Positions 20,747 through 31,695 of a stretch of 64,000 bases of DNA are shown here, one piece after another; the first letter of the stretch is position 1, and each line of letters opens with the position of its first letter. Location: assembly GCA_963812945.1 (NCBI GenBank), contig CAWEXD010000003.1, forward strand, positions 132,932 through 196,931. Reading direction: 5' to 3'. Made by a program: the position numbers and the translations under genes. The notes below the pieces were generated by a model. It did no database searches. It was not told the origin of the DNA and saw nothing but the letters and a program-made list of their open reading frames with translations. Source of the stretch: an uncultured Candidatus Rokubacteria bacterium. GTDB taxonomy: Bacteria; Methylomirabilota; Methylomirabilia; Rokubacteriales; DASRDR01.

Positions 20747-22047
20747 GCCCCGTGGTCCCCGGCCACGACGCCGTCCTTCATCACGATGCGGCCGCCCACC
20801 ACCGTCATCCAGGGCGCACCGACGCAGGCCCAGCCGCCGAACGGCGTGTTCCGCGCCTTCGAGCGGAACCGGGCAGGCTCGATCACGTGCTCTTTGGCGA
20901 GGTCGAGGACCGTCACGTCACCCGGCGTCCCCGGGGCGAGGCTGCCGCCCGGCAGGCCGAGGACGCGCGCCGGGCCCGCCGTGAGCCGCGCGATCAGGGT
21001 CGAGAGGTCGACCACGCGCTCCCGCACGAGGTGTGTCAGGCAAAGGGCCACCGCGGTTTCCAGCCCGAGGATGCCGTTGGCCGCGTGATCGAGCTCGACC
21101 TCCTTGTCCGCGAGCGCATGGGGCGCGTGGTCGGTCGCGATCGCGTCGAGGGTCCCCTCCGCGAGGGCCTCCCGGCACGCCTCCACGTCGCGCTTCGACC
21201 GGAGCGGCGGCGCCATCTTGGCGTTCGCGTCGTAGGTGCGTAGCGCCTCGTCCGTGAGGAGCAGGTGGTGAGGAGTCACCTCGCCGGTGACCAGGACCCC
21301 GCGCGCCTTCGCGTCCCGGAGGAGCCGCACGGCCGCCGCCGTCGACACGTGCGCGATGTGGATCGGGGTCCCCGTCAGCTCGGCCAGCGCGATGTCGCGC
21401 GCGACCATGATCTCCTCGGCAGCCCCCGGGATGCCCCGGAGCCCCAGGTCCGTCGACACGAAGCCCTCGTGCATGACCCCACCCTCGGCGAGGGTGAGGT
21501 CCTCGGCGTGCGAGACGATCGGCCGGCCGAACGCCTGGGCGTACTCGAGCGCCCGGCGGAGAAGCACGGAGCTCATCACCGGCCGCCCGTCGTCGGAGTA
21601 GGCGACGCACCCGGCCTCGGCCAGCTCCCCCAGCTCCGCCATCTCCCGACCGCCCAGCCCCCGCGTGACCGCGCCGATCGGGTACACGCGCACGACCCCC
21701 CGGGCCCGGGCCTCGGCCAGGATGTAATCCGTCACGGCGCGCGTGTCGTTGACCGGCTGGGTGTTGGCCATGCACGCGACCGCGGTGAACCCGCCCGCGG
21801 CAGCGGCCCGGGTGCCCGTCGCGATCGTCTCCTTGTGCTCCTGACCGGGCTCGCGCAAGTGCACGTGGATGTCGATGAAGCCGGGCGCGATGACTCGCCC
21901 CCCGGCGTCGAGGGTCTCGGCGCCCGCCGGCGCCTCGAGGCGCGGCCCGACCCGGGCGATGCGCCCGGCCTGGATCAGCACGTCCCCGGGCGCATCGAGG
22001 CCGTTGGCGGGGTCGACGACGCGGCCGTTCCGGATCAGGAGGTCCAT
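20743..22047 (-). CDS. pyrC: Dihydroorotase
   Basis: [36 protein letters not shown]. Confidence 0.95.
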   Translation of the reverse strand: MDLLIRNGRVVDPANGLDAPGDVLIQAGRIARVGPRLEAPAGAETLDAGGRVIAPGFIDIHVHLREPGQEHKETIATGTRAAAAGGFTAVACMANTQPVNDTRAVTDYILAEARARGVVRVYPIGAVTRGLGGREMAELGELAEAGCVAYSDDGRPVMSSVLLRRALEYAQAFGRPIVSHAEDLTLAEGGVMHEGFVSTDLGLRGIPGAAEEIMVARDIALAELTGTPIHIAHVSTAAAVRLLRDAKARGVLVTGEVTPHHLLLTDEALRTYDANAKMAPPLRSKRDVEACREALAEGTLDAIATDHAPHALADKEVELDHAANGILGLETAVALCLTHLVRERVVDLSTLIARLTAGPARVLGLPGGSLAPGTPGDVTVLDLAKEHVIEPARFRSKARNTPFGGWACVGAPWMTVVGGRIVMKDGVVAGDHGA

Positions 22048-22050
22048 CGC

Positions 22051-22986
22051 TCAGGCCTCCCCGCCCTTGCTGCCGATCAGGAGATAGAGGATGGCCATCC
22101 GCACCGCGACCCCGTTCGCGACCTGCTCGAGGATCACCGAGTACGGCCCGTCGGCCACCTCCGGCGCCATCTCGATCCCGCGGTTGACGGGCCCCGGGTG
22201 CATGATCAGGACATCGTCGCGCGCCCCGCGCAGCTTTTCCAGCGAGAGCCCGTAGAGTCGCGAGTACTCGCGGAGCGAGGGGATGTAGTTCGCCGTCATG
22301 CGCTCCTGCTGAAGACGCAGCATCATGATCACGTCGACGTCACGCAGCGCGTCCTCGAGCCGGCGCGCGACCTTGACGCCCAGCTCCTCGACCCCGGGCG
22401 GGATCAGGGTGGGCGGCCCGGCGACCGTCACGCTCATCCCCATCTTCCGCATCCCGGCGATGTTCGAGCGGGCGACGCGGCTGTGGGCGATGTCGCCCAC
22501 GATCGCGACGGACAGCCCCTCGAGGTGTCCCCGCTTCTCGCGAATGGTCAGGAGGTCGAGGAGCGCCTGGGTCGGGTGCTCGTGCATCCCGTCCCCGGCG
22601 TTCACGACCGAGCACCGGAGGGCCCGCGCCAGCATGTGGGCCGAGCCCGACGCCGAATGACGGATGACCACGCAGTTGGGGCTCATCGCCTCGATGTTCC
22701 GGGCGGTATCGATCAGCGTCTCGCCCTTCACGACGCTCGAGGACGACCCCGAGACGTTGACGACGTCGGCCGAGAGCCACTTGCCGGCGATCTCGAACGA
22801 GGTCCGGGTGCGGGTCGACGGCTCGAGGAACAGGTTGACCACCGTCTTCCCGCGAAGGGCCGGGACCTTCTTGATCTCGCGGGAGGCGATCTCCTTCATG
22901 GAGGCGGCGGTGTCGAGGATCGTCTGGATCTCGCCGGGCTCGAGGCTCCGGATCTCCAGCAGGTCCTTCCGCGTGAGGCCCATCAC
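22051..22986 (-). CDS. pyrB: Aspartate carbamoyltransferase catalytic subunit
   Basis: [38 protein letters not shown]. Confidence 0.97.
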   Translation of the reverse strand: MMGLTRKDLLEIRSLEPGEIQTILDTAASMKEIASREIKKVPALRGKTVVNLFLEPSTRTRTSFEIAGKWLSADVVNVSGSSSSVVKGETLIDTARNIEAMSPNCVVIRHSASGSAHMLARALRCSVVNAGDGMHEHPTQALLDLLTIREKRGHLEGLSVAIVGDIAHSRVARSNIAGMRKMGMSVTVAGPPTLIPPGVEELGVKVARRLEDALRDVDVIMMLRLQQERMTANYIPSLREYSRLYGLSLEKLRGARDDVLIMHPGPVNRGIEMAPEVADGPYSVILEQVANGVAVRMAILYLLIGSKGGEA

Positions 22987-23010
22987 GTCCTCCTCGGCGC
23001 TCGGCGTTGG

Positions 23011-23727
<717 letters not shown>

Positions 23728-23746
23728 TTACCGACCGACCGACCGG

Positions 23747-23775
23747 ACTTTACGGCCTGTGCTCTCCACTGTCAA
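23747..23775 (-). promoter_or_regulatory. sigma70 promoter of the pyr operon
   Basis: TTGACA-17 nt-TAAAGT just upstream of the PyrR loop. Confidence 0.8.
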
Positions 23776-23810
23776 GAGCGACGGGAGCGCAAGGCCTGGC
23801 CGCCGCGCCG

Positions 23811-25032
23811 TCAGCCCGCGCTCACCGTGACTCGTCCCCCCTTGATGACGAAAACCCGGGCCGGAAGGCCGCCGACCGCCTCGGCGAGGCTCGACGCCTC
23901 GAGCACGACCAGGTCGGCGCGGCAGCCGACCGCGACCCCGTGGTCTTGGCGGCCGAGGATGCGCGCCGGCGCAACCGTGACCATGTCGAGCGCCGCGGCC
24001 ATGTCGGCGGCCGCGCCCATGTGCGCCGCCACGACCAGGAGGTAGGTCAACAGCAGCGGGTCCGCGTTGCCGGCAGGCGTGAAGGCGTTCTGCACGTTGT
24101 TCGTCGCGGCCGCGACCGTCACCCCGGCCGCCCGGAGCCGCTTGACCGGCGTGAGCCCCCGGCGCACGTTCCGCGTGTCCTCCCGTCCCATGAGGTAGAG
24201 GTCGGTGGCCGGCAGGGTGATCACCGCGATCCCGGCATCGTGAAGCCGCCTCGCGACGCGCGTCTGCTCGACCTCGCCGCACGCGGCCAGCTCGGTGAGG
24301 TGGCCGATCGCGACGCGCCCCTGCCAGCCGTGGCGCTCCGTCCGGTCGGCGATCACCTCCACGTGGCGGTGTACCGGCTCGTCCGCGAAGTCGGCATGGA
24401 AGTCCACGCCGCAGCCGAACTCGCGCGCGATGTCGAACACCCGGTCGATGTGGGCGACCCCGTCGGTGTCGTTGTACGGGCATCCGCCGACGAGGTCGAC
24501 GCCGGCGCGGAGCGCGGCGCGCAGGAGCGCCTCCGTTCCCGGCGCGCGCAGGATCCCCTCCTGCGCGAACGCGCAGAGCTCGAGATCCAGGCGGTCGGCA
24601 TACTCGGCGCGCAGCGGCAGGATCGCGTCCACGCCCCGGAGGCCCACGATCGGGTCGACCTCGACGTGCCCGCGCATCGCGGTCGTGCCGAGCGCGACCG
24701 CGCGGTCCGAGCAGCCTCCGGGCCCGGGTCCGGATGTTCTCGACCGTGAACGTCTGCTTGGCCAGGGCGGTGACGCGGATGGCTTCCGCCAGCGTCCCCT
24801 CGTGGCTCGGCGCCCGGTCGAGGAGATAGGCCTTGTCCAAGTGGAGGTGGGCGTCGACGAAGCCCGGCACGACCAGCCGGCCGGCAGCGTCGAGACGGCG
24901 CCGCGTCGCCGCCCCGGCGAGATCGCCGAGCGCGACGATACGCCCGCCGCGAATGCCGATGTCGCCCGGCGGCCCCCCGGACGCGAGCCGGCCCGCCGAC
25001 AGCACGAGATCGAGCGGCTCCCCCGGGCCCAC
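23811..25032 (-). pseudogene. Cytosine deaminase-like amidohydrolase split by a +1 frameshift near 24708 (real or sequencing error)
   Basis: PGFVDAHLHLDK in one frame; GTTAMRGHVEVD, DFHAD, IGHLT, TNNVQNAFTPAG in the next; extra G in CTC G GAC. Confidence 0.82.
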
Positions 25033-25088
25033 GCACTGAGGATACGCGAGCCTCGGCGGAGCGCCGAGTGCCGAGTCGCGCGGCAGCC

Positions 25089-25117
25089 TTGACAGGGCCC
25101 GCGGTGGCGTCTAGCGT
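25089..25117 (+). promoter_or_regulatory. sigma70-type promoter
   Basis: TTGACA-17 nt-TAGCGT, then GAGG and ATG 25133. Confidence 0.65.
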
Positions 25118-25132
25118 GCCCACGAGGTTTCG

Positions 25133-27676
25133 ATGGACGCGGTCGTCACGACGCTCCGGACCGTAGCGCTGTTCGCCGAGCTCCCACGCGAGGTGCTCGC
25201 GCGCCTGGTCAGCGAGTTCGACGAGCTCGATCTTCCCGCCGGCCGGACGGTCTTCTCGCAGGGCGACCCTGGCGACGCCCTCTACGTGGTCGTGAGCGGG
25301 GCAGTGGAAGTGCGCGGAGAGCGCGACGGCCAAGGCGAGCGGGTGGCCGTGCTGGGGCCAGGGGACTGCCTGGGTGAGATGGCCCTGGTCACGGGGGATC
25401 CCCGCTCCGCGACGGTCGTGACACTGTCGGAGACGCAGCTCCTGCGCCTCGACAAGGAGCGCTTCCAGGCGCTTTCGGAGCGCCACCCGGTCTTCCTCCG
25501 CGAGCTCGCCCGCGTGCTCTGCCGGCGCATCGCGCGGACCTCCGAGGACGTCGCCCACGCCCGCCACGCGTACACGACGGTCTTCGACGCGGTGCTGGCG
25601 GGCTGCGAGCCGCCCGCGCGGCGCGTCCTGGACGTCCTGGCGGTGGCGGACCGGGCCGATCCCGGGATGCTCGCCGCGACGCTGGGCGAGGCGGGCCCCC
25701 GCCTCGCGGCCGAGGTGGCCGCTCGCCACCCGGCCTTGGTCGTCCGCGACGACACCGGCGGCTATAATCTCCACGGCGAGTTCCGGGAGCACGTCCGGCG
25801 GCGGCTCACGGAGGCGGGCGGCGCCGCGGAGACGGACCACCTCCACGCCACGCTCGCCACGGCCCACGAGACCGAGGAGGCCTGGACGGAGGCCGCGCGG
25901 CACTGGCTCGCAGCCCGACGGTGGCCCGAGGCCGCTCGGACGATCCGCCGCGCGTTGGCGTCCGCCGCCCCGCCGCCGGACGCCCTGCTCGAGGAGTGGC
26001 TCGACCGGCTTCCCGAGGGTGTGCTCCTCGAGGCCGAGCTCGGCCCGGCGAAGGCGAGTCTGCTGGTGCGGACCGGGCGGCCGGATGTGGCGGGCGCCCT
26101 TCTCGAGCGCGCCTTCTCCGGGCAGCGGCTCGACAGCGGGGCCCGCGACCGGCTGGTCCGGAGCCTGGGCGCGCTCTACGCCCAGCGTGGTCGTCCGGCG
26201 AGCAGACCTACCCGGGCCCCCGGTGAGCCCCCGACCACCCCGCGCGCGGGGCTTCGCACCTCGACGGCGGCTCTGGCGTCCGGGGGCGCGGCCTGGCGCT
26301 ACGCGGGTCTCCTGCTCGCCCTTTTCGTGGTGACGTTCCTCCTCTGGCTCCCACCCGCGGGGCTCGAGCCTCGTGCGGCGCGGTTCCTGGCCGTCCTCGC
26401 GGGCGGCACCATCCTCTGGGCGTGGGGAAGCTTCCCCGACTACGTCGTCGCCCTCGGCATGGGCATCGCGTGGGTGCTGCTCCGCGTGGCCCCGACAGGC
26501 ATCGCTTTCGGGGGCTTCGCCACGAGCACGTGGTTCCTGATGCTCGGCATCCTCGGACTGGCCGCGGCGCTCGCCCGCTCGGGCCTGCTCTACCGGATCA
26601 CGCTCGTCGCGGTGCGTCGCTTCCCGCCCACGTTCGCCGGGCAGGTGTCCGCACTCCTCACGTCAGGCATCGTGTCGACGGTGCTCATCCCCTCGGCCCA
26701 GGCGCGCGTGACCTTCCTGGGTCCCGCGGTCCTCGGGCTCGCCGACACGCTGAAGTACCCACCGCGGAGCCGCGGCAGCACGGGGCTCGCGCTGGCGGCG
26801 TTCACCGGCTTCTGTCTGGCCACGACGCTGTTCCTCACGGGCACGCCGACGTGCCTCCTCGCCTGGCGGGTTCTGCCGGAGGCGACGCGCGCCCAGGTGT
26901 CGTGGCTCGCGTGGCTCCAGGCGGTGCTGGTGCTGGAGGGCGTGAGCCTCGGGGTCGCGCTCGCGTGGATCAGCTGGCACTACCGCCCGACGGAGCGGAC
27001 CCCCGTGCGGGAGACTCTCCTCCATGCGCAGCTGGAGCTGCTCGGCCCGCCATCCCGCGACGAGCGCATCACCGCGCTCGTCGCCCTGGTCGTCCTGGCC
27101 GGCTGGATCACGCAGCCGTGGCACGGCATCGATCCGGCCTGGCTCACGCTCGCGGGACTGTGTCTCCTGCTCGCGACGCAGGTGCTCGACCGCACGGCGC
27201 TCCAGGCGCAGGTCGACTGGTCGTTCCTCCTCTTCATGGGCATGGCCTTCAGCCTCGCGGACCTGGTGGCCCATGTCGGAGCCGACGCCTGGTTCGCGGC
27301 GCGGGCCCGGGAGCTGCTCGGCGGGCTCACGACGCCAGCCGCCGCGGTCACGGCCGCGGTCCTCATCACCGTCGCCGTCCGGTTCGCCCTGCCGTGGCAG
27401 ACGGCCGTGCCGCTCCTGACGGTCGCCCTGACACCCTTCGCGCAAGCGGCCGGCCTGAGCCCGTTCATCATGGCGCTCGTGGCCTTGAAGGCGGGGAACG
27501 TCTTCCTCCTGCCCCAGCAGAGCCCCTACTACCTCACGCTCTACTACGGCACGGAGGAGCGCGCGTTCGGCCACCGCGAGGCGCGCCCGTTCGCCTGGGT
27601 CTACGCGGGGGCCGTGCTGGCGGGATTCCTGCTGAGTCTCCCGTACTGGCGCGCGCTGGGGCTGGTCACCGGCTGA
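25133..27676 (+). CDS. cNMP-binding domain + MalT-like helical linker + SLC13/DASS anion permease
   Basis: VFSQGDPGDALYVVVSG, LGEMALVTGDPRSATV; C-terminal polytopic domain AFGGFATSTWFL, LIPSAQAR, LFLTGTP, LGPPSRDE, VDWSFLLF. Confidence 0.85.
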   Translation: MDAVVTTLRTVALFAELPREVLARLVSEFDELDLPAGRTVFSQGDPGDALYVVVSGAVEVRGERDGQGERVAVLGPGDCLGEMALVTGDPRSATVVTLSETQLLRLDKERFQALSERHPVFLRELARVLCRRIARTSEDVAHARHAYTTVFDAVLAGCEPPARRVLDVLAVADRADPGMLAATLGEAGPRLAAEVAARHPALVVRDDTGGYNLHGEFREHVRRRLTEAGGAAETDHLHATLATAHETEEAWTEAARHWLAARRWPEAARTIRRALASAAPPPDALLEEWLDRLPEGVLLEAELGPAKASLLVRTGRPDVAGALLERAFSGQRLDSGARDRLVRSLGALYAQRGRPASRPTRAPGEPPTTPRAGLRTSTAALASGGAAWRYAGLLLALFVVTFLLWLPPAGLEPRAARFLAVLAGGTILWAWGSFPDYVVALGMGIAWVLLRVAPTGIAFGGFATSTWFLMLGILGLAAALARSGLLYRITLVAVRRFPPTFAGQVSALLTSGIVSTVLIPSAQARVTFLGPAVLGLADTLKYPPRSRGSTGLALAAFTGFCLATTLFLTGTPTCLLAWRVLPEATRAQVSWLAWLQAVLVLEGVSLGVALAWISWHYRPTERTPVRETLLHAQLELLGPPSRDERITALVALVVLAGWITQPWHGIDPAWLTLAGLCLLLATQVLDRTALQAQVDWSFLLFMGMAFSLADLVAHVGADAWFAARARELLGGLTTPAAAVTAAVLITVAVRFALPWQTAVPLLTVALTPFAQAAGLSPFIMALVALKAGNVFLLPQQSPYYLTLYYGTEERAFGHREARPFAWVYAGAVLAGFLLSLPYWRALGLVTG

Positions 27677-27712
27677 CGCGCCGCCCGGCCGCCTGGCTGT
27701 CGCCGCGGCCCG

Positions 27713-28384
27713 TCAGTCCAGGATCGCGATGGCGCGCGCCGGGGCGCCGTCGCCGCCGTCGAGCCGGAGCGGGAGCGCGACGAAGCGCACCCGGTCGCGC
27801 CCCAGCTGGTCCAGGTTGACCAGGTACTCGATGACGCCGATCCCCGCGGGGAAGAACGTGTGGTGGGTGGCCCACTCCTCGTGGGCGATCCGGCGCGTCA
27901 CGCCGGCGACGAGGTCGCGGATGGGGCGGTCCGGCGGGTAGTCGTACCCGACGGCCTTCACGCCGCGGGCGACCAGCCACCGGCACGCCTCGGCGCTCGT
28001 CCACGGCGCCTCCGACCAGAACGCGAGCGTCTCCCACGACCGCTTCCGGGGCCAGTCGGTCCGGAGGAGGGCGATGTCACCCGGGCGCACGTGTCGCCCG
28101 CGTGCCTCCAGGTCGGCGGCCTCGACCGCCGTGTTCGGGCCGACGTGAGTGAGATCGACCACCGCCGCCTCCCCGATCCAGGTCTCCAGCGGCATGCAGT
28201 CCACCGTCGTGCTCCCTGGGACGAAGTGACTGAAGCCGTCGCAGTGGGTGAAGCCGTGCCCGGGCATCGCCACACGGCTGGACCGGAACGGGTGGGACGG
28301 GTCCTCGAAGTTCGAGACGACGGTCACCTCCGTCTTCCAGCGCACGTGCGAGCGGATCGGCAGCGAGAGGTCGACGATCGTCAC
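27713..28384 (-). CDS. Cyclase family (kynurenine formamidase-like) metal hydrolase
   Basis: IVDLSLPI, HGFTHCDGFSHF, GDIALLRTDW, IEYLVNLDQL, DGAPARAIA; GTG overlaps upstream stop. Confidence 0.88.
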   Translation of the reverse strand: MTIVDLSLPIRSHVRWKTEVTVVSNFEDPSHPFRSSRVAMPGHGFTHCDGFSHFVPGSTTVDCMPLETWIGEAAVVDLTHVGPNTAVEAADLEARGRHVRPGDIALLRTDWPRKRSWETLAFWSEAPWTSAEACRWLVARGVKAVGYDYPPDRPIRDLVAGVTRRIAHEEWATHHTFFPAGIGVIEYLVNLDQLGRDRVRFVALPLRLDGGDGAPARAIAILD

Positions 28385-28893
28385 GCCGAGCCTCCGAGGC
28401 CCACGGCCGGGTGGCGCGCCACGTCGGCCGGGGTCAGGCGCTCGACGGGGTCGCCGGCCGCGATCTCCCCCGGGACGAGGACTCGCGCGTACACGCGGCT
28501 CCACCCCGGGTGGCGCGTCTGGGACACGCGTGAGTACGCCCCGTCGAGGAACGCCGCCCGGACATTCAGGCACGGGCTCGTGAAGCGGGTGATCTCGACG
28601 AGCACCTCCTCACCGAGTCGAAAGACGTCGCCCGGCTGGACCGCCGCCCAGTCGAGTCCCGCGAGCGTCAGGTTCTCGCCCAGCGCGCCCGGCTCGACCG
28701 GATGGCCCTCGGCGTGGAGGGCCTCGATGTGCTCGACCGAGAAGAGGCAGAGCGCGCGGTCGGGACCGCCGTGATGCTCGGCGTTGCGGTGGCCGTCACC
28801 CTCGATCCCGAGCCGCGTGACCCGGGCCTCCGGCACGGAGCGCTTCGGCACGCCGCCGGACGAGACGTTGATCTGGACGATGCGGCCGGTCAT
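28381..28893 (-). CDS. MOSC domain protein (YiiM-like)
   Basis: GGVPK, GIEGD, HHGGPDRALC, PGALGENLT, SPC, YARVLVPGEIAAGD. Confidence 0.9.
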   Translation of the reverse strand: MTGRIVQINVSSGGVPKRSVPEARVTRLGIEGDGHRNAEHHGGPDRALCLFSVEHIEALHAEGHPVEPGALGENLTLAGLDWAAVQPGDVFRLGEEVLVEITRFTSPCLNVRAAFLDGAYSRVSQTRHPGWSRVYARVLVPGEIAAGDPVERLTPADVARHPAVGLGGSA

Positions 28894-28899
28894 CGCCGC

Positions 28900-29955
28900 T
28901 CACTCGAAGACGAAGACGCCCTTGCCGGTCGTCTGCGTGTCGAAGAGCCGGTAGGCGTCGGCGGCCTCGGCGAGCCGGAACCGGTGGGTCAGCAGGCGCC
29001 TGAGGGGCACGCGGCGCTTGACGATGAAGCGCACGCACTCCTCCTGGATCAGCGTGCTGAACGTCCACGACGCGTGGATCGTCAACTGGCGCCGCAGGAG
29101 GTCCGGGCTCACGTCGAAGGTCACCTGGTTGCCCTCCCCGACGAGCCCGACCCGCCCCCACGTCCGCGTCGCCCGCACGGCCGCGAGCCGGGCGTCCGGG
29201 TGGCCCGTGCAGTCGAGCGCCGCGTCCACGCCTTCGCCGTCGGTCAGGCCCTTGAGGGCCGCCACGACGTCGGTCGCGCCGGGATCGATGACCGCGTCGG
29301 CGCCGAGCTCCCGCCCGAGCTCGCGCCGCTCGCCGCCGACGTCGATCGCGATGACACGCGCGCCCATCGCCACCCCGAGCATCGTCGCCGAGACCCCCAC
29401 CGGCCCCTGGCCAAAGACCGCCAGCGTGTCTCGCCCGGAGATCTCCAGCCGGCGCAGCGCCTGGTACGCGGTGCCCGTGCCGCACGAGACGGCGGCGCCC
29501 TCTTCGAACGAGACCTCCTCGGGCAACGGCACGAGCGTCGAGGCCGGCACGACCATGTACGGGGCGTGCCCGCCGTGGCCGGTCATGCCGTAGACCACGA
29601 TGCCCCGGGGACAGAGCTGCGCCCACCCGGCGCGGCAGTGCTTGCAGTGCCCGCACCCCTTGTAGTGGTGGCACATGACGCGCGCCCCGGTCGGCGCGTC
29701 GGGCGGGAGGACACCAGGGCCCCGTTCGAGCACGACGCCGCACGGCTCGTGACCGGCAATGAACGGGCCGCCCGCGCCGCCCAGCCCGAGGCTCTTCGCC
29801 GCGCTTCCGCTCCGCGAGGCTCGGTAGGGATGAAGATCGCTCCCGCACATCCCGGACGCCTTCATGGCGAGCACCACCTCGCCGGGCCCTGGGCGGGGAT
29901 CGGGAAACTCCCGGAGCTCCAGCTCGCGCTCACCGAGAAACACGACTCCGCGCAT
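28900..29955 (-). CDS. Zinc-binding alcohol dehydrogenase (MDR family)
   Basis: GMCGSDLH, GHEPCG, CGHCKHCRAGWAQLC, GQGPVG. Confidence 0.92.
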   Translation of the reverse strand: MRGVVFLGERELELREFPDPRPGPGEVVLAMKASGMCGSDLHPYRASRSGSAAKSLGLGGAGGPFIAGHEPCGVVLERGPGVLPPDAPTGARVMCHHYKGCGHCKHCRAGWAQLCPRGIVVYGMTGHGGHAPYMVVPASTLVPLPEEVSFEEGAAVSCGTGTAYQALRRLEISGRDTLAVFGQGPVGVSATMLGVAMGARVIAIDVGGERRELGRELGADAVIDPGATDVVAALKGLTDGEGVDAALDCTGHPDARLAAVRATRTWGRVGLVGEGNQVTFDVSPDLLRRQLTIHASWTFSTLIQEECVRFIVKRRVPLRRLLTHRFRLAEAADAYRLFDTQTTGKGVFVFE

Positions 29956-29984
29956 GGCGCTTCGCTACCTCCTTGGGCCGTGAC

Positions 29985-30521
29985 TCAGGCGCCGCGCCTC
30001 CCGGGGGGGCCGGGGCGGGCCAGGGGGGAGAGAAGCTGTACCTGCACGACGATGCCGACGACGACGAGGCTCACGAAGACCCAGGGACGGGCGATGGGCG
30101 GGACCGGGATCAGCGGCGCCAGCAGCCCGGCGCCGACCAGCGCCGAGAGGACGATCAGGACGGGGTCCCAGAGCCACAGGACGAGCGCCGCCGCGACGAT
30201 CCCCACCGCCAGCGCGGCCAGCCAGAGCCACGGCGCATCGATCCCGAGCGCACTGGCGGCCCTGAGGCTCCCCTCGACTCCGACCGCGAAGCCCGCCAGG
30301 CCAACCGCGAGCCACTGGAAGACGATCGCCAGCACCGCGCCGAGGACACCCAGAACGAGGGCCAGGCTGACGACCACCCACTCCGGCTGCTCGGCGAAGA
30401 CCGCTCGGGCCACGTACAGCCCCACGGCGAAGCCGGCCGCGCCGACGAAGAGCCAGAAGAGCCGCCGCCCGAACAGGAGGACGGCGAGCCCGACGATGAC
30501 GGTCGCCCACCAGCCAGCCAT
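29985..30521 (-). CDS. Membrane protein, DUF4203-like
   Basis: LLFGRRLFWLFVGAAGF, about six hydrophobic helices. Confidence 0.72.
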   Translation of the reverse strand: MAGWWATVIVGLAVLLFGRRLFWLFVGAAGFAVGLYVARAVFAEQPEWVVVSLALVLGVLGAVLAIVFQWLAVGLAGFAVGVEGSLRAASALGIDAPWLWLAALAVGIVAAALVLWLWDPVLIVLSALVGAGLLAPLIPVPPIARPWVFVSLVVVGIVVQVQLLSPLARPGPPGRRGA

Positions 30522-30553
30522 CGTGCGAGCCTACTACGGGGTCGCGCCCGCCG

Positions 30554-31498
30554 TCATCTGGGCGCGACGCGCGTGCCGGCCCGGCCGTCGAGGGCCGCCC
30601 GGAGGGCGGGGAGCGACGTGATGATCGCCTCGCTGCCGGCCGCCTCCACGAACGCGATCGCCGCCTCGACCTTGGGGCCCATCGACCCGGGCGGGAACTC
30701 TCCCGCCGCCAGGAGCGCCCGCGCCTCTGCGACCGAGAGCCGCTCGATCCCGATGGAGCGCGTGCGGTGCCCGACCTCCACGCGGTCGACACCGGTGACG
30801 AAGACGAGGTGGTCGGCCTCGACCGCGGTCGCGAGGAGCGCCGCCGTCGCGTCCTCCTGAAGCACGGCCTCGACGCCGCGATGCCCGAGCGGCGTTTCCA
30901 CGACCGGGACACCGCCGCCGCCCGCGGCGATGACGACGACGCCCGCGTCCGCCAACCGCCGGATCGCGTCGGCCTCGAGGATGCGCCGGGGCCGGGGAGA
31001 CGGCACGACCCGCCGGCGGCCGCGGGTGGCGCTCCCGGCGAAGGCCCAGCCGCGCTCGCGGGCGAGCCGCCGCGCCTCCGCGGCCGAGTGAGGCCGCCCG
31101 ACCGGGCTGGTCGGCCGGCGGAACGCGGGATCGTCCGGGTCGACCCGCACGCGCGTGACGACGACGGCGATCGGCGCCTCGACGTTCCGGTTCCGGCAGA
31201 GGTTGCCGAGGACCTGCTGGATCAGGTATCCGGCGGCGCCCTGGGCCTCGGCGCGCCGGACGTCGAGGGCGGACGGCGGGACCGGCCGGCGGGGCACTCC
31301 CCGGGCGGGGTCGTCTCCCGGCGGACCCTGGCCGTGGGTCAGGACGAGGCGGAATCCGTCCGCCACGAGGTCGGCGAGCGGCGGGAGGCTCCGCCCGAGC
31401 TCCCGGAGCCAGGCCTCCGGCCCGGCGGGGCGGCTCGCGCCCCGGAGCGCCCGGTCGCCGAGCGCAACCACGAGGAGGCGGCGGTCGCGGGGGCTCAC
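30554..31498 (-). CDS. Carbamate kinase-like protein with altered active-site motifs (start uncertain)
   Basis: VTRVRVDPDDPAF..P, RRVVPSPRP, IAAGGGGVPV, FPPGSMGPKVEAA, ALDGRAGTR. Confidence 0.78.
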   Translation of the reverse strand: MSPRDRRLLVVALGDRALRGASRPAGPEAWLRELGRSLPPLADLVADGFRLVLTHGQGPPGDDPARGVPRRPVPPSALDVRRAEAQGAAGYLIQQVLGNLCRNRNVEAPIAVVVTRVRVDPDDPAFRRPTSPVGRPHSAAEARRLARERGWAFAGSATRGRRRVVPSPRPRRILEADAIRRLADAGVVVIAAGGGGVPVVETPLGHRGVEAVLQEDATAALLATAVEADHLVFVTGVDRVEVGHRTRSIGIERLSVAEARALLAAGEFPPGSMGPKVEAAIAFVEAAGSEAIITSLPALRAALDGRAGTRVAPR

Positions 31499-31599
31499 GG
31501 CACGCCGCACGAACCGGTCTCGCGATCGTCCGCCGTGACGCCGGGTCGCCGCGCGCTCACGGGCGGCATGATCCCGCCCGGTCGTCGTGCACGTCAATC

Positions 31600-31656
31600 G
31601 GGGATTTGGCGAGGATCTGGCGGGCGAGGATTTGGCGGGGATTGGCGGAGGGTGGC
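31600..31656 (+). repeat. Four imperfect direct repeats of GGAT(T/C)TGGCG in a divergent intergenic region
   Basis: GGGGATTTGGCG AGGATCTGGCG GGCG AGGATTTGGCG GGGATTGGCG. Confidence 0.7.
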
Positions 31657-31695
31657 CAGGCGGGTGTAGCCTCCGATAGCTGGCTCGAGACACCG

